From Magnetococcales bacterium (lineage in GTDB: Bacteria > Pseudomonadota > Magnetococcia > Magnetococcales > JADFYX01): a stretch of DNA of 64,000 nt. Position numbers and translations under genes: made by a program. A model generated the notes under the pieces. It saw nothing but the letters and a program-made list of their open reading frames with translations, was not told the DNA's origin and searched no databases. Numbering within the stretch: the first letter of the stretch is position 1; each line of letters begins with the position of its first letter. Shown one piece after another: positions 1 to 9,906 of the stretch. Location: positions 5,371-69,370 of the forward strand of contig JADFZU010000004.1 in assembly GCA_015232365.1 (NCBI GenBank), read 5' to 3'.

Positions 1-1860
1 ATCGCCTCTTCTGGTGACAGTTCCAAGAGTTTCTCTTGGTCAGGTTGGATAACAAGAGAGCCAAGCGACGAGATATCTCTGGTTGCTGGTCCATGGTTTG
101 AATACAAAAAAAACATGGATGACGGAACAACTCTGTTTGCCTTTTTCCGGGAAGATGACCCTGTCTTGGCTAAGAGTTATCTTGACTCTTCAGAAAAATA
201 TATAAAACTCTACAGTGATCTGCTTGGGCCTTATCCATATAAAAAATTTGCAGTTGTAGAGAACCACCGTCAGACCGGTCTTGGTATGGCATCGTTTACC
301 CTGTTAGGGTCTAAGGTTCTGCGTTTGCCATTTATTCTAAATAGTTCATTGCCCCATGAAATTTTGCATAACTGGTGGGGTAATGGAGTTTTTGTTGATT
401 ATAAAGAGGGTAACTGGAGCGAGGGCCTAACCGCATATCTTGCCGATTATTGGTTACAGGAACGTCTAGGTAACGGAGTCGCTTATCGGCGGAATACTCT
501 GATTGGTTATGGTGATTTTGTCGGAGAATCCAACGATTTTTCTCTGGAAAATTTTCACTCCAGGCATGATAAGTCCTCCCAAGCGATTGGCTATGGCAAA
601 GGGGCGTTTTTATTTCATCAACTCCGTAACATTATTGGTGATGAACCTTTTGTTGCCGGGCTTCGCTATTTTTACCGGGAGAATAAGTTTAAACGGGCCT
701 CATATGCTGATTTGCAGAGTAGTATGCTTTTAGCTTCTGAGCAGAATTTGAGTGAATTCTTCAGGCAGTGGACCAAGCGGGTCGGTGCTCCAGATTTAAA
801 ATTGGTCAATGCTAATGTAAAGGTAATTGCTGGCAATAAATTTAAAATAACCGTTACTCTTTGGCAGCTCGGTGATGCACCGCCATATCAGTTATTGATC
901 CCTTTTACAGTGACTCAGGTAGGGGCGCCAGAGCCGGTAGTTTTTTGGCGAACAATGTCTGAACCATCACAAAGTTTTGAATTTACTACTAACCTGCGGC
1001 CTATGCGTCTTGATGTTGATCCCAGTTATGATATTTTTCGTAAGTTGCACCCAGAGGAGCGTCCGGTCACTCTCTCCAAGGCGTTTGGAGCTAAACGTGG
1101 CTTGATTATCTATCCTGGAGAGGCGAAAAAAAAGGCAGTTGAGGCATACCGTCAGGTCGCAATAGCCTGGAATCTTGGCATCACTCCAGATGATGCAACC
1201 TCTGATTTGCCAACCGACCGAACGGTATGGTTGTTTGGCAAGTCCAACCGTTTTGGCCCTAAATTATTGGAGTCTCTCTATAAGTTTGATGTAGGTGAAG
1301 GGGTGCAGACCAGACGGATAAAAATTAATGATGAATGGTATGATGATAGAAAAGAGGCAATAGTTTTAGTTGGCAATAATCCTGATGATAAAAAATCTAC
1401 TCTTGTTCAGATAATGAGCAGGCCGGAAAAATTTCCAGATCTTTACCAAATTCTAGCTAAAAAGCTGCCCCATTATGGTAGTTACAGTTATATGGTTTTT
1501 TCAGCTCCAGACGGTATAAACAAAATAAAAGGCCAGTGGCCATCAACCGGATCACCACTCAGTGTCACCTTTGATACAGACGGCCTATCTCGTCAGGCAA
1601 AAGAGCCGCCCAGGCCTCGTCCTGTGACGATTTTAGAAGTTCCGTTACCGGAGCACTCATATACAATAAAAGCAGACCCTGAACAGCCAGAGGCAACTAC
1701 GTTAACTCCACAAAGAGTTGTTCTTCCCGATTCAGAAACCGAGCTTCTCCTGCCAGAAGATCCAAATAGCAATCTTCAGTTTATAAAAAAACCCAATCGT
1801 GGAATGAAAGGTAGCGACCTATTTCAAAAACCGGTGGCAGTTCCTTTGTCGTCAGACTAA
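1..1860 (+). CDS. M1-family (gluzincin) aminopeptidase, 5'-truncated by the window edge
   Basis: HEILH followed by the downstream Glu (NWSEGLTAY) gives the HEXXH-x18-E zinc motif; YGKGA motif also present. Frame 1 is open from base 1, so the true start lies upstream of the ORF-track ATG at 115. Confidence 0.85.
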   Translation: MASSGDSSKSFSWSGWITREPSDEISLVAGPWFEYKKNMDDGTTLFAFFREDDPVLAKSYLDSSEKYIKLYSDLLGPYPYKKFAVVENHRQTGLGMASFTLLGSKVLRLPFILNSSLPHEILHNWWGNGVFVDYKEGNWSEGLTAYLADYWLQERLGNGVAYRRNTLIGYGDFVGESNDFSLENFHSRHDKSSQAIGYGKGAFLFHQLRNIIGDEPFVAGLRYFYRENKFKRASYADLQSSMLLASEQNLSEFFRQWTKRVGAPDLKLVNANVKVIAGNKFKITVTLWQLGDAPPYQLLIPFTVTQVGAPEPVVFWRTMSEPSQSFEFTTNLRPMRLDVDPSYDIFRKLHPEERPVTLSKAFGAKRGLIIYPGEAKKKAVEAYRQVAIAWNLGITPDDATSDLPTDRTVWLFGKSNRFGPKLLESLYKFDVGEGVQTRRIKINDEWYDDRKEAIVLVGNNPDDKKSTLVQIMSRPEKFPDLYQILAKKLPHYGSYSYMVFSAPDGINKIKGQWPSTGSPLSVTFDTDGLSRQAKEPPRPRPVTILEVPLPEHSYTIKADPEQPEATTLTPQRVVLPDSETELLLPEDPNSNLQFIKKPNRGMKGSDLFQKPVAVPLSSD

Positions 1861-1890
1861 CCGACAGTTAAAAGTAGTTTCTGGGATTTT

Positions 1891-2058
1891 CTCCTAGATT
1901 TGGCAGTTGTTCGTACATTACTAGCACAACCTCTTGATGCACTTGGCAAGTCAGAAAAAAGTTTCATCACCAATAAGGTGGTTTCGATTTTTCCTGATTC
2001 ACCAGATAAACCAATATGTTATGTCATTAATGCACGCCATATTTCTGAATCTTGGTTA
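1891..2058. repeat. ~168-bp palindromic MITE-like element, copy 1
   Basis: Aligns by eye to 40953-41120 and 56403-56570. Ends CCTAGATTTGGCAG...CTGAATCTTGGTTA; central TCACC-AATAA-GGTGG hairpin. Confidence 0.85.
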
Positions 2059-2086
2059 CATTAGAATGGATAATTGGAGAGTTGAA

Positions 2087-3013
2087 ATGGCTAAAAAACT
2101 AGTTCTACGTGCTTCAGCTAAAATCCAAGATCTCTTTGGAGAGTTTAATCCTGGTTGTGAAAAGTTTGAAGCTAGTGGGGTTGTTAAACGTAACGATGAT
2201 ATTTTGGTGGTTTTTGATAGTTGTCTGCAGATTGCCCAGTTGACCATAGATGGACCATCGACAAAGCCGGTTTTTAACGGTAGGGCATGGATTATTCCCA
2301 CACTTACCAATGTTGAAGATGTTAAAGGTTTTGAGGGGATTACCCGTAACCGGATGTTAGGTGATGATAAGCTCTACATGGTTGCCGAGTCTCTTGAGAG
2401 AAGTGACGAAAAAGGTAAAAAATTTTATAACGGTAAAGTTGTCACTCTAGATCAGAGTTATAGTGGGGCAGGGGAGTGGTTGGACTATAGGCTGCCTAGT
2501 TCAAACAAGGGGTTTGAGGGAGTTGCTGTCATTACCAGCCCAGGTAAAAAAAAACCACGGCTTTTTGCTCTATGTGAGGGAAATCGTTGCCGGGCAGGAG
2601 AGGCGGGCAAAAAACCAGGAAAGGGGAGAATCCGGGTTTTTAAACCAGGTGATGGCAAATGGATACACCTAGGTAAAATGTCCCTTCCTGAGCAGGTAAA
2701 GTTTATCGACTATTCCGACCTGGATATAGTAATAAATACCAAAGGCACTGAAGCTGTTGTGGCAGTGCTCTCTCAGGCCAGTAGGCAACTCTGGGTTGGG
2801 AAGCTGGGTATGCCATCTTTCAAGTGGCAGGGCCAAGGAAAGATTTACAACTTTCCGAGTAAGAGTAAAGGTAGTTTCTGCACAGTTGAGGGTGTGTCTT
2901 GGTTGGACGATAAATGCAACAAAATTATAGTGGTGTCCGATAAGAGAAAGAGTGACCATCCTGAAGGCTGCAAAAATTATGAGCAATCTATTCATCTGTT
3001 TGAGTTGCCGTAG
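2087..3013 (+). CDS. Hypothetical protein, probable beta-propeller (SdiA-regulated/esterase-like repeats)
   Basis: Repeated blade-like motifs FEASGV, GFEGIT, GFEGVA, YSDLDI, VEGVSW. The ATG at 2087 follows GGAGAG; the ORF-track extension to 1934 runs through the repeat element. Confidence 0.55.
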   Translation: MAKKLVLRASAKIQDLFGEFNPGCEKFEASGVVKRNDDILVVFDSCLQIAQLTIDGPSTKPVFNGRAWIIPTLTNVEDVKGFEGITRNRMLGDDKLYMVAESLERSDEKGKKFYNGKVVTLDQSYSGAGEWLDYRLPSSNKGFEGVAVITSPGKKKPRLFALCEGNRCRAGEAGKKPGKGRIRVFKPGDGKWIHLGKMSLPEQVKFIDYSDLDIVINTKGTEAVVAVLSQASRQLWVGKLGMPSFKWQGQGKIYNFPSKSKGSFCTVEGVSWLDDKCNKIIVVSDKRKSDHPEGCKNYEQSIHLFELP

Positions 3014-3059
3014 TGTATAGTTTGCTAACAGTATCGGTATCTAGCAAATAGTTGCAGCT

Positions 3060-3512
3060 CTACATTCTAACTCTTAAGCGTTCAGTTAGTTTGTCAATCC
3101 TGCTGATCATCTTTAGAATGCACTGATCTTTGATTTTTTCCCTTATTTCACAACCTAAACGTTGTAGAGAGTCTTGATCTAGACGAAAGAGAAAAACACT
3201 ATCATGGGCAACTACAGAGGTGCTTCTTTTGGTGTTGGCGAAAAAGGCCATCTCTCCAAAAATCTCACCTTTCTCCATGTAGTTAAGTTCTACTCCTTGT
3301 TTAACTGTCGCAACTTTTCCCGTTAATAGTATATAAAAACAGGTGTCTTTTTTACCCTCAGCTATAATCCGTGTTCCCGGGCCAAAAGTGACAAAACCGC
3401 CTTGAAAGCTAGCCATCCTCTTTTTTTCATAGAGAGAAAAAGGTTCAAAGAATGGAATCATCTTCATCATATCAACAATTTGTTCTTGGGAGTAACCAGC
3501 AACTGTTGTCAT
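3060..3512 (-). CDS. Stand-alone cyclic nucleotide-binding (cNMP/Crp-like) domain protein
   Basis: IIAEG..FYILLTGKV..GEIFGEMAFF..RSTSVVA signature, no HTH tail. Start overlaps the mamZ stop at 3512. Confidence 0.85.
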   Translation of the reverse strand: MTTVAGYSQEQIVDMMKMIPFFEPFSLYEKKRMASFQGGFVTFGPGTRIIAEGKKDTCFYILLTGKVATVKQGVELNYMEKGEIFGEMAFFANTKRSTSVVAHDSVFLFRLDQDSLQRLGCEIREKIKDQCILKMISRIDKLTERLRVRM

Positions 3513-5482
3513 TAAATTTTTCTCCCTTTTTTTTCTTTAATTTGCTTCCACCTATATGCCAAAAGGGTAAAAACTGCGATAGCATATACATATGGTTCGC
3601 CATTTTCATGAGTTGCCGCCAACCAAAAATGCAGGGCGATCAAGATGTTGACCAAGTATACTGATTTATGTATTTTTTTCCACTTTTCATTACCAAGCTC
3701 ACGGCGTTTGCTTTTTGTCGAGGTCACGGCTAAAACGATTAAAATAGCAAACGCAAGCATACCAAGAATGATAAATGGCCGCTTGCTGATATCATCAATA
3801 ATTTCGTGTAAGTTGAATAACCACTCCAACCAAAAATATGTGGCCACATGAAGAGAGGCATAGAAAAATGCATAGAGGCCAATCATCCGTGAGTACTGCA
3901 TCAGAAGCTTTACTTTGGTGATCTCTGCTACAGGTCTCAGTGCCAAAGAGAGCAGAATAAAGTTAAAAGCCCAATCTCCAAGATAGCGGTTGATAAAGCC
4001 CACAGGCATCTGTCCTAGGGAGCTTCCAGGGGTAATGCCGCCAATCATTATTCTACCGACAAGCCAGATGATTGGAAGTAGAGAGAACATGAAAAGCAAC
4101 GGTTTTAAATTGGAGCGACTCTTTTTTTCCAGTTTATGTTCCCGGCTTTCATCCATACCGCTTTTAATCAGCCATAAGGCGTATAGCATAACCAGAAGGT
4201 TGCTAGCCCCAATAAGAATAAATGGTGCTTTAGGGCCAACGGCATCAAAGTAATAGCCGCCGCTTTGGACCAGCATTACTACGCCAATTCCACTTACTAA
4301 AAAGAGCACCCCCTGTACCGAACCAAGCACATGTTTTGGAGCTAATTCAGCAGCTAGGATTTTTGGTGCAATCAGGCAGCCAGCTTGACCAATGCCAACC
4401 AGTAGTAGTGGGAACAACATCGTGTGCCAATCAAATGGATTGGAGACCAACCAGCCAATAGCAACAAACCCCAATCCAGTTAATGAGAGGCTGGCTCCAA
4501 TAGCGGAAATTCGGCTATTTGTCTCCATATAACGACGCCACATTGGCATGGCTATTAGAATTACCAGGCCAATATATCCCAACATCAAACTGGCTTGTCC
4601 AGCGGCAAAAGCCCTGGAAACTCCTACAACATCAGCAAAAGAGATAAACCATAAGGATAGAAACAGGCTGATAACCAACATGTCAGCCCGAACATAAAAA
4701 GCTGCAGCAAAACAGAGCTGCATACGAGGGTCGCTTGAGATTAGCTCCCATGCTTGAGCAAAAGGAAGTTGGGTAGATGCTTCTTTTACAGGTTGCTGTT
4801 TTGGCATGTAGCGGTTGACAATATATGCTCCGGCACAGGCTACAAAAAATGGTATAAGCATAATAGCCGGGACGCTGTCTATACCTTTTGGGATCTGCAT
4901 GAGAATTGCACAAATAACAGTGCTGCCCAAAGCCATCATGGTGATCATATTGGGAAGAAGAATTGGTTTTTTCTGGTAGAGGGTTGCATCTCCACCTAGT
5001 GTTGAGAGTTGCATCTGGACGGTGTCGGTACCAAGAGAGATAAGAATCCGCATTATGTAGTAAAATGTCAGACTGCTAAAGCCGATTACTACCTCAATGT
5101 TTTTACTGAACGGGACTAAAGCAGCACCTAATGCCGCCAATAAAAAACCGTAAAATACCGACTTCAGTCTTTTGCTGTTACTCCAGTATGGGCCAAGAAA
5201 AAAAATAAGGGCCAAACTGATGATTTGTGTTACCACCTGCAAGTGGGCGTTAATGGTTCCCTCTTCCTCGTAAGGGATGACAATAACCTCATCAAGAAAT
5301 AGCGGTTGCAAGGCGACAGTTAGAGATATTACCAGTGTGCTAACAGCCGAAACAAGATAGAACGTAGTCCAATCCTTTTGCTCTAAAGCACTCTTATATG
5401 GTGTAGCTTCCAGGCCATCAAATTCATTTTTATCCATATCCATAGACAGACCCTTACTCCTCTTCATGGGCAAGGGCTGCAC
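3512..5482 (-). CDS. mamZ: MamZ: MFS transporter fused to a ferric reductase-like (MsrQ/YedZ) transmembrane domain
   Basis: MamH-like MFS N-terminus (LALQPLFL, RADMLV) plus C-terminal GDWA..LALRP..RMIGLYAFFYASLH..WKKIHKSVY. Follows mamX. Likely start is the ATG at 5443. Confidence 0.92.
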   Translation of the reverse strand: MQPLPMKRSKGLSMDMDKNEFDGLEATPYKSALEQKDWTTFYLVSAVSTLVISLTVALQPLFLDEVIVIPYEEEGTINAHLQVVTQIISLALIFFLGPYWSNSKRLKSVFYGFLLAALGAALVPFSKNIEVVIGFSSLTFYYIMRILISLGTDTVQMQLSTLGGDATLYQKKPILLPNMITMMALGSTVICAILMQIPKGIDSVPAIMLIPFFVACAGAYIVNRYMPKQQPVKEASTQLPFAQAWELISSDPRMQLCFAAAFYVRADMLVISLFLSLWFISFADVVGVSRAFAAGQASLMLGYIGLVILIAMPMWRRYMETNSRISAIGASLSLTGLGFVAIGWLVSNPFDWHTMLFPLLLVGIGQAGCLIAPKILAAELAPKHVLGSVQGVLFLVSGIGVVMLVQSGGYYFDAVGPKAPFILIGASNLLVMLYALWLIKSGMDESREHKLEKKSRSNLKPLLFMFSLLPIIWLVGRIMIGGITPGSSLGQMPVGFINRYLGDWAFNFILLSLALRPVAEITKVKLLMQYSRMIGLYAFFYASLHVATYFWLEWLFNLHEIIDDISKRPFIILGMLAFAILIVLAVTSTKSKRRELGNEKWKKIHKSVYLVNILIALHFWLAATHENGEPYVYAIAVFTLLAYRWKQIKEKKGRKI

Positions 5483-6221
5483 CTGGTTCCCACATTCCGA
5501 TCATATGTCCATTGCGCAGGTTACACAGTTGACCATTGACTGATATAGTTCTCACATACTGCATCTGAGGATTTCGCTGACCTATCTCTTTATATGCCGT
5601 CCCTTTTACAAATAGCCCAGTCTGCACACTACACTCCTCTTTTTGTAAAAACCAATTTGGAGCCAAGTTATACCATGCGGGTTTGTTGATGCCATCGTTA
5701 ATCAGTACGTTGATGTTTTCTCGTCCTGACTGAACGGTTTTTGACAGAACTCGGATAATTTTGCCCTGAAAGCGGGTAATACCAAACCGCTCGTGCCACT
5801 CTGGGTCGAGGGTTGGATCTGGTCTGGGCATAAGAGGAATACGTTGGGCAACTGCAATGGTTTTTGCTGTTTTATTCCCGGTTGCTGTTTTTGGGGGTTG
5901 TACAGTTTTTCTGGCAACAATTTTATGGCAATGGGTGCAGAGCTGCTTTTCCCGTCCATCACGGTGGGGTGGAACAGCATTGCGGACGATAGCTGGCACA
6001 ACTTTGGAGCGGCCTGACAGAGTTGGGGAGATTATTTCATGACAGCTTGAGCAGACCATTTTTTGTCGACCAGCCCTATGTGGCGAGGCAACGCCAGCAG
6101 CAATGGGTGGGACGTTATCGTATACATGGTCTTCCCATGGGTCATTTTTAAAAATTGAGAGTAACAAAAGGCCGATGCCGAAGACAATTCCGACGGCCAT
6201 AATCCATTCGGCAATATTCAA
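5454..6221 (-). CDS. mamX: MamX magnetochrome protein
   Basis: N-terminal TM with DPWEDH; two magnetochrome motifs (PH..CSSCH, PH..CTHCH); C-terminal MamS/MamX domain (LAPNWFL, LCNLRN). Directly upstream of mamZ. Confidence 0.92.
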   Translation of the reverse strand: MNIAEWIMAVGIVFGIGLLLLSIFKNDPWEDHVYDNVPPIAAGVASPHRAGRQKMVCSSCHEIISPTLSGRSKVVPAIVRNAVPPHRDGREKQLCTHCHKIVARKTVQPPKTATGNKTAKTIAVAQRIPLMPRPDPTLDPEWHERFGITRFQGKIIRVLSKTVQSGRENINVLINDGINKPAWYNLAPNWFLQKEECSVQTGLFVKGTAYKEIGQRNPQMQYVRTISVNGQLCNLRNGHMIGMWEPGAALAHEEE

Positions 6222-6357
6222 GATAACTACTTATTCCATCCAGAGCAGATAATTAAACTAAACTCAATACCATTGATACCTCATGTTACTGTACCAACGC
6301 AATTAATTCATGATATATAAGGTCAGAAATGGCAGATTTAAAAGCGAGTTAACAGGA

Positions 6358-6669
6358 TTACTTTTTTGAAGGTTTTTCATACATGATCATATGAATAATG
6401 GTCATGCCGACAAAAGCCCAAGCAGCAATAGGGTGTATACGCATGGGGCGTAAAATTTTCAGGCCGGTCAACATAGAAACTGCTAATGAGCTTGCCATAC
6501 CTGCTTTAACTACCTCACGACCCCTGCGGCGTTGATTTGAGCTTTTTCTGGAGTTTTGTCGGACAATTTTTCTTCTTTCCCGTTCTGCATTTTTTGCCCT
6601 GCTTACTGGAATCTCTACAGTAGTTGATTCTAACTTCTCTATTTGTAGTTCAGATGTTTTTGCATCCAT
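6358..6669 (-). CDS. Small hypothetical membrane protein (2 TM, two His) inside the magnetosome cluster
   Basis: Basic N-terminus, then GREVVKAGMASSLAVSMLTG and IHPIAAWAFVGMTIIH hydrophobic segments. Confidence 0.6.
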   Translation of the reverse strand: MDAKTSELQIEKLESTTVEIPVSRAKNAERERRKIVRQNSRKSSNQRRRGREVVKAGMASSLAVSMLTGLKILRPMRIHPIAAWAFVGMTIIHMIMYEKPSKK

Positions 6670-6780
6670 GATCTTTTCTCACAAATCAATTGGTTGTGAA
6701 TCTCTAGCCGGTATACTTTTGAAATACCAGAGTTAGTTGACAATACATCTCATTTAGATCTAAGTCTAGATTATTCACGC

Positions 6781-6814
6781 AAAAAAAAGGCCACAAATTA
6801 ATGCGGCCTTTTTT
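6781..6814. terminator. Intrinsic terminator downstream of mmsF (A-tract/T-tract flanked)
   Basis: AAAAAAAAGGCCACA-AATTAA-TGCGGCCTTTTTT hairpin. Confidence 0.7.
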
Positions 6815-6877
6815 ATTTAAATATTCAGACACAGAAATGGAGAGTTTATTCTCCTCTTTATCTAAACCCAATAGCTT

Positions 6878-7213
6878 CTAAAGTTTTCCAGCTACCATTC
6901 CAACAACAGGCAGACGCCAAGCCCGTGTCAATAGTACTGATATGATACCAATTACTGCAAAGAGAGCTATTGCCAATACAGAGAAGCTAAAAAAGAAAGC
7001 TCCAACTACTGGAATGTGCAAGCTGAAAATAGCAAGTACGCCCCAGATCCACAGGACCAATCCCTGGCGAGCATGAAAGTGAACATACTCATCATCTTTA
7101 TTGAAAATCAGTGGCACTAAGCACAGTACTCCCAAGTAGCTAAGTAGAGACAAAACTCTTGATCTAGTGCTATGGCTGCTTTTTAGCATCCATGAAGTAT
7201 TTGGCAAATTCAT
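6878..7213 (-). CDS. mmsF: MmsF (MamF-like family)
   Basis: LSYLGVLCLVPL..DEYVHFHARQGLVLWIW..WRLPVVG; immediately downstream of the mms6-like gene. Confidence 0.88.
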   Translation of the reverse strand: MNLPNTSWMLKSSHSTRSRVLSLLSYLGVLCLVPLIFNKDDEYVHFHARQGLVLWIWGVLAIFSLHIPVVGAFFFSFSVLAIALFAVIGIISVLLTRAWRLPVVGMVAGKL

Positions 7214-7233
7214 TCTATCTATCCTTTAAAAAG

Positions 7234-7803
7234 CTAGCTGATTGCTTCGTCTAACTCACTGGTTAGTCCTTCACGATTTTTCATATAACTATATATGCCA
7301 ACACCAACTGCAGCAACCGCACCTGCTAGAAGTACCGGTCCCCATGCCCCAAAGCCCATACCCAAGCCAAGGCTTGTACCGGTTCCAGACCAGATAGTTC
7401 CACTTGCAGCAGCAGCTTTGGCTGTGCTTCCAGTAACAGCAGCCGTTCCGCCACCAGTTGCAGCTTTAGTCGCTAGTGTTTGTCCTGTAGCAGTGGCTCC
7501 TGCAGTTGCTGCACCCTTGGCAGCAGCACCCTTGGCAGCGGCTGCTCCCTTTACCTTGGCAGCTTTTGCAACTTCAGGTAGTTCCCACTCACCCTGTAGC
7601 ATCATTGGATTGGCAGCAGCACCCTTGGCAGCGGCTCCATTTGCAGCAGCACCCTTGGCAGCGGCTCCATTTGCAGCAGCACCTTTAGCTCCAGCACCCT
7701 TAGCCCCAGCGGCTTTGGCAGCTTTTGGTGCTTGCCATTCTGCCTCTTGAATAACTGCCCCTTGAGGTATGCCCATCATCTGCGGATTGGTAGCAACAGC
7801 CAT
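7234..7803 (-). CDS. mms6: Mms6-like magnetite biomineralisation protein
   Basis: GTIWSGTGTSLGLGMGFGAWGP LG-repeat, TM, and acidic tail YSYMKNREGLTSELDEAIS resembling the Mms6 C-terminus; adjacent to mmsF. Confidence 0.82.
   Translation of the reverse strand: MAVATNPQMMGIPQGAVIQEAEWQAPKAAKAAGAKGAGAKGAAANGAAAKGAAANGAAAKGAAANPMMLQGEWELPEVAKAAKVKGAAAAKGAAAKGAATAGATATGQTLATKAATGGGTAAVTGSTAKAAAASGTIWSGTGTSLGLGMGFGAWGPVLLAGAVAAVGVGIYSYMKNREGLTSELDEAIS
7613..7683. repeat. 30-bp tandem repeat (~2.4 copies) in mms6-like gene
   Basis: GCAGCAGCACCCTTGGCAGCGGCTCCATTT twice plus a partial copy; encodes (AAKGAAANGA)n. Confidence 0.9.
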
Positions 7804-8047
7804 GTGATTCCCCTACATAAATTTAGTGAATTATATTAACTAGAGCAACGGAGATAATAGAAATGGATCAATATCTGAATCAGTTCACCCCTCTTAACTT
7901 CTTACTCAAGGGAACTTATATTTTAGATCGTGCTCGCCTAATCATCACCAATTAAATAAAAAACTCAATTACTATTTGCTAATTTAGATACACCAAATAC
8001 ATGGTCTGACGCAACAAAAAATATTGTGTAAAATGAAAAAAAACCTG

Positions 8048-8067
8048 GTAAATAATAATGGTTCTTA
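8048..8067. promoter_or_regulatory. Candidate Fur-like operator in the mms6/mamH divergent region
   Basis: GTAAATAATAATGGTTCTTA; 17/20 identical to 28248-28267; resembles the 7-1-7 Fur box. Confidence 0.4.
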
Positions 8068-8405
8068 TTAACAGTATTATGTTAAATGTTAATATGTTGA
8101 TTTAAAAGTAAATTATTAAACATTGACTACTCTTTCTTTTGGTCGCAAGAATCTGTTGTTACTCATTGATATATTAATAAAAATTCTATCAAGATTTTGT
8201 CAAGCAAATACAGTCAAGTGAATTAAAAGTTTATTTATGAGTAAATATCTGGCGAAATAGGTGTGGAATTTGTTACTTTGCCCGGAGACTCAGCAGTGTG
8301 GTAAGTAGTCGCTGAGTCTAAATTGCTTGCAGATGATTTAATTTGTGTTTGCTATGGTTTTACCGATAAGATGTAGGACTACGCAAAAGTAGCTCTATTT
8401 ATAAT

Positions 8406-9665
8406 TTGGAGAAAAACACCACAATGTCTCGTGCTACGGTTCAAGAGCGACACTGGAATACTCTGTTTCTCGTTGTTGCCTTGTCGATGATTTTCATGAC
8501 GCTTGTTCTGGCTATCCAACCTCTGTTCCTTCGGAGTTTGGGGTTGGCTCGTGAAAATGCTGGTTTTGTAAATGCTAACATCCAGGTGATCACCGAGGTG
8601 GTTGACCTTTTGTTTGTTGGTTATCTTGGCTACCTGTCTGACCGTTTTGGTCGCACCCCTTTGATGGTGTACGGGTTTGTTCTAGCAGGGGTTACCGCTC
8701 TTCTTACACCGTTCAGCAAAGAGATTGCTGCTATGGTCGGTTTGAACGGGGTTGCTGTTTTTTATGTTGCCCGCTCAGTCATGTCTATTGGTACTACGGC
8801 GGTATGGCCTCAGGTTGCGACGTTGACTGGAGACTACACCGACAAAAAAAGCCGTCCTAAACTTCTGGCAAAAGTTGGTTTTATGATGGCCTTTGGTGCG
8901 ACGCTGGTCTATGCCGTTTTAATGCAGCTGCCTAAACACTCTGGAATTGTCACCGTAATGTTGTTGCCTGTTGTTGTGGCTTTTGCAGGAGCTTGGCTAT
9001 CCAGGGATTTTTTGATTGAGGTTGCTCCAAAACTTAAACAGGAGAGCTTTCCCTTTCAAGATGTTAAAGATCTGCTAAAAAAAGAGAGAAGGTTGCGCTT
9101 GAGTTTTTTTGCTGCTTTTTCATCTCGTAATGATATGGTCATTGTCGGTCTTTTTTTAATGACTTGGTTTATCTATTATTCAGATCTGCTTAATGATGTC
9201 AGTCATGCACAAGCTGCTGGTCGGGCAGGGTTGGTTATCGGTTTTGTTGGTCTGGTTGTCTTGGTTACGATTCCAATTTGGGGTTGGGCTATTGCCAGGT
9301 TTGGCAGGGTTTCTGCTTTGGTAGCTGGTTTGATGTTGTCTGGTATTGGCTTTACGGCAATTGGTCTGGTTTATAATCCAATGAGTTGGTGGATTATGCT
9401 TCCAGCCGCTTTTGTCGGAACCGGGCAGGCAGGCTGTTTGCTGGCTCCTCAAACTCTAGCTCTGGATCTGGCTCCTGATAAGATTCGCGGTTCGGTCATG
9501 GGAGCCTTCAACACTGTCGGCTGTATTGGTGTTATATTTTTTCTACAAATTGGTGGGTTTTTATTTGATTGGATTAGTCCGACAGCCCCTTTTATTTTTA
9601 CAGGAATTGCTAACTTTGTCATAATGTTGTATGGTTTTTCAATTCTTAAAAGTGATTACAAATAA
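8406..9665 (+). CDS. mamH: MamH MFS transporter
   Basis: LAIQPLFL, GYLSDRFGR (MFS motif A), SRNDMVIVG; first gene before mamI-mamE. Likely start is the ATG at 8424. Confidence 0.93.
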   Translation: MEKNTTMSRATVQERHWNTLFLVVALSMIFMTLVLAIQPLFLRSLGLARENAGFVNANIQVITEVVDLLFVGYLGYLSDRFGRTPLMVYGFVLAGVTALLTPFSKEIAAMVGLNGVAVFYVARSVMSIGTTAVWPQVATLTGDYTDKKSRPKLLAKVGFMMAFGATLVYAVLMQLPKHSGIVTVMLLPVVVAFAGAWLSRDFLIEVAPKLKQESFPFQDVKDLLKKERRLRLSFFAAFSSRNDMVIVGLFLMTWFIYYSDLLNDVSHAQAAGRAGLVIGFVGLVVLVTIPIWGWAIARFGRVSALVAGLMLSGIGFTAIGLVYNPMSWWIMLPAAFVGTGQAGCLLAPQTLALDLAPDKIRGSVMGAFNTVGCIGVIFFLQIGGFLFDWISPTAPFIFTGIANFVIMLYGFSILKSDYK

Positions 9666-9906
9666 GCTGATTTGCGTGAAATTGTTTAAGGTGGCTGTAT
9701 AAAAAAAATGGTTTAATGCTGTTTTTATTTTCGATGTTGCGTATCAATAGTGTATACCTACACTGTTAAATTATTTTTTGATTTACGTTAACATACGGCT
9801 ATTGCAAGCATTGGAAAAGTTAACCGATTGCTTTGTCAGTCTAAGTTAATAATTACAGGTTTTAATCTTAGTCGTGAAAAATTTGATTTTAAAGAGGATT
9901 CAATAG

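Noticed and set aside
1934-2086. N-terminal extension of the 359-aa ORF
   Set aside because: It runs through the MITE-like repeat; a better RBS and ATG lie at 2087.
6358-6669. Calling this gene mamC
   Set aside because: Only one short helix resembles MamC; the N-terminal TM and acidic loop do not match.
7295-7750. Ala-rich antisense ORFs (also 12435-13220, 27278-27607, 21681-22103)
   Set aside because: Shadow frames of low-complexity real genes on the opposite strand.
8286-8319. AGACTCAGC...GCTGAGTCT hairpin upstream of mamH as a riboswitch
   Set aside because: A single 9-bp stem with no recognisable aptamer motif.
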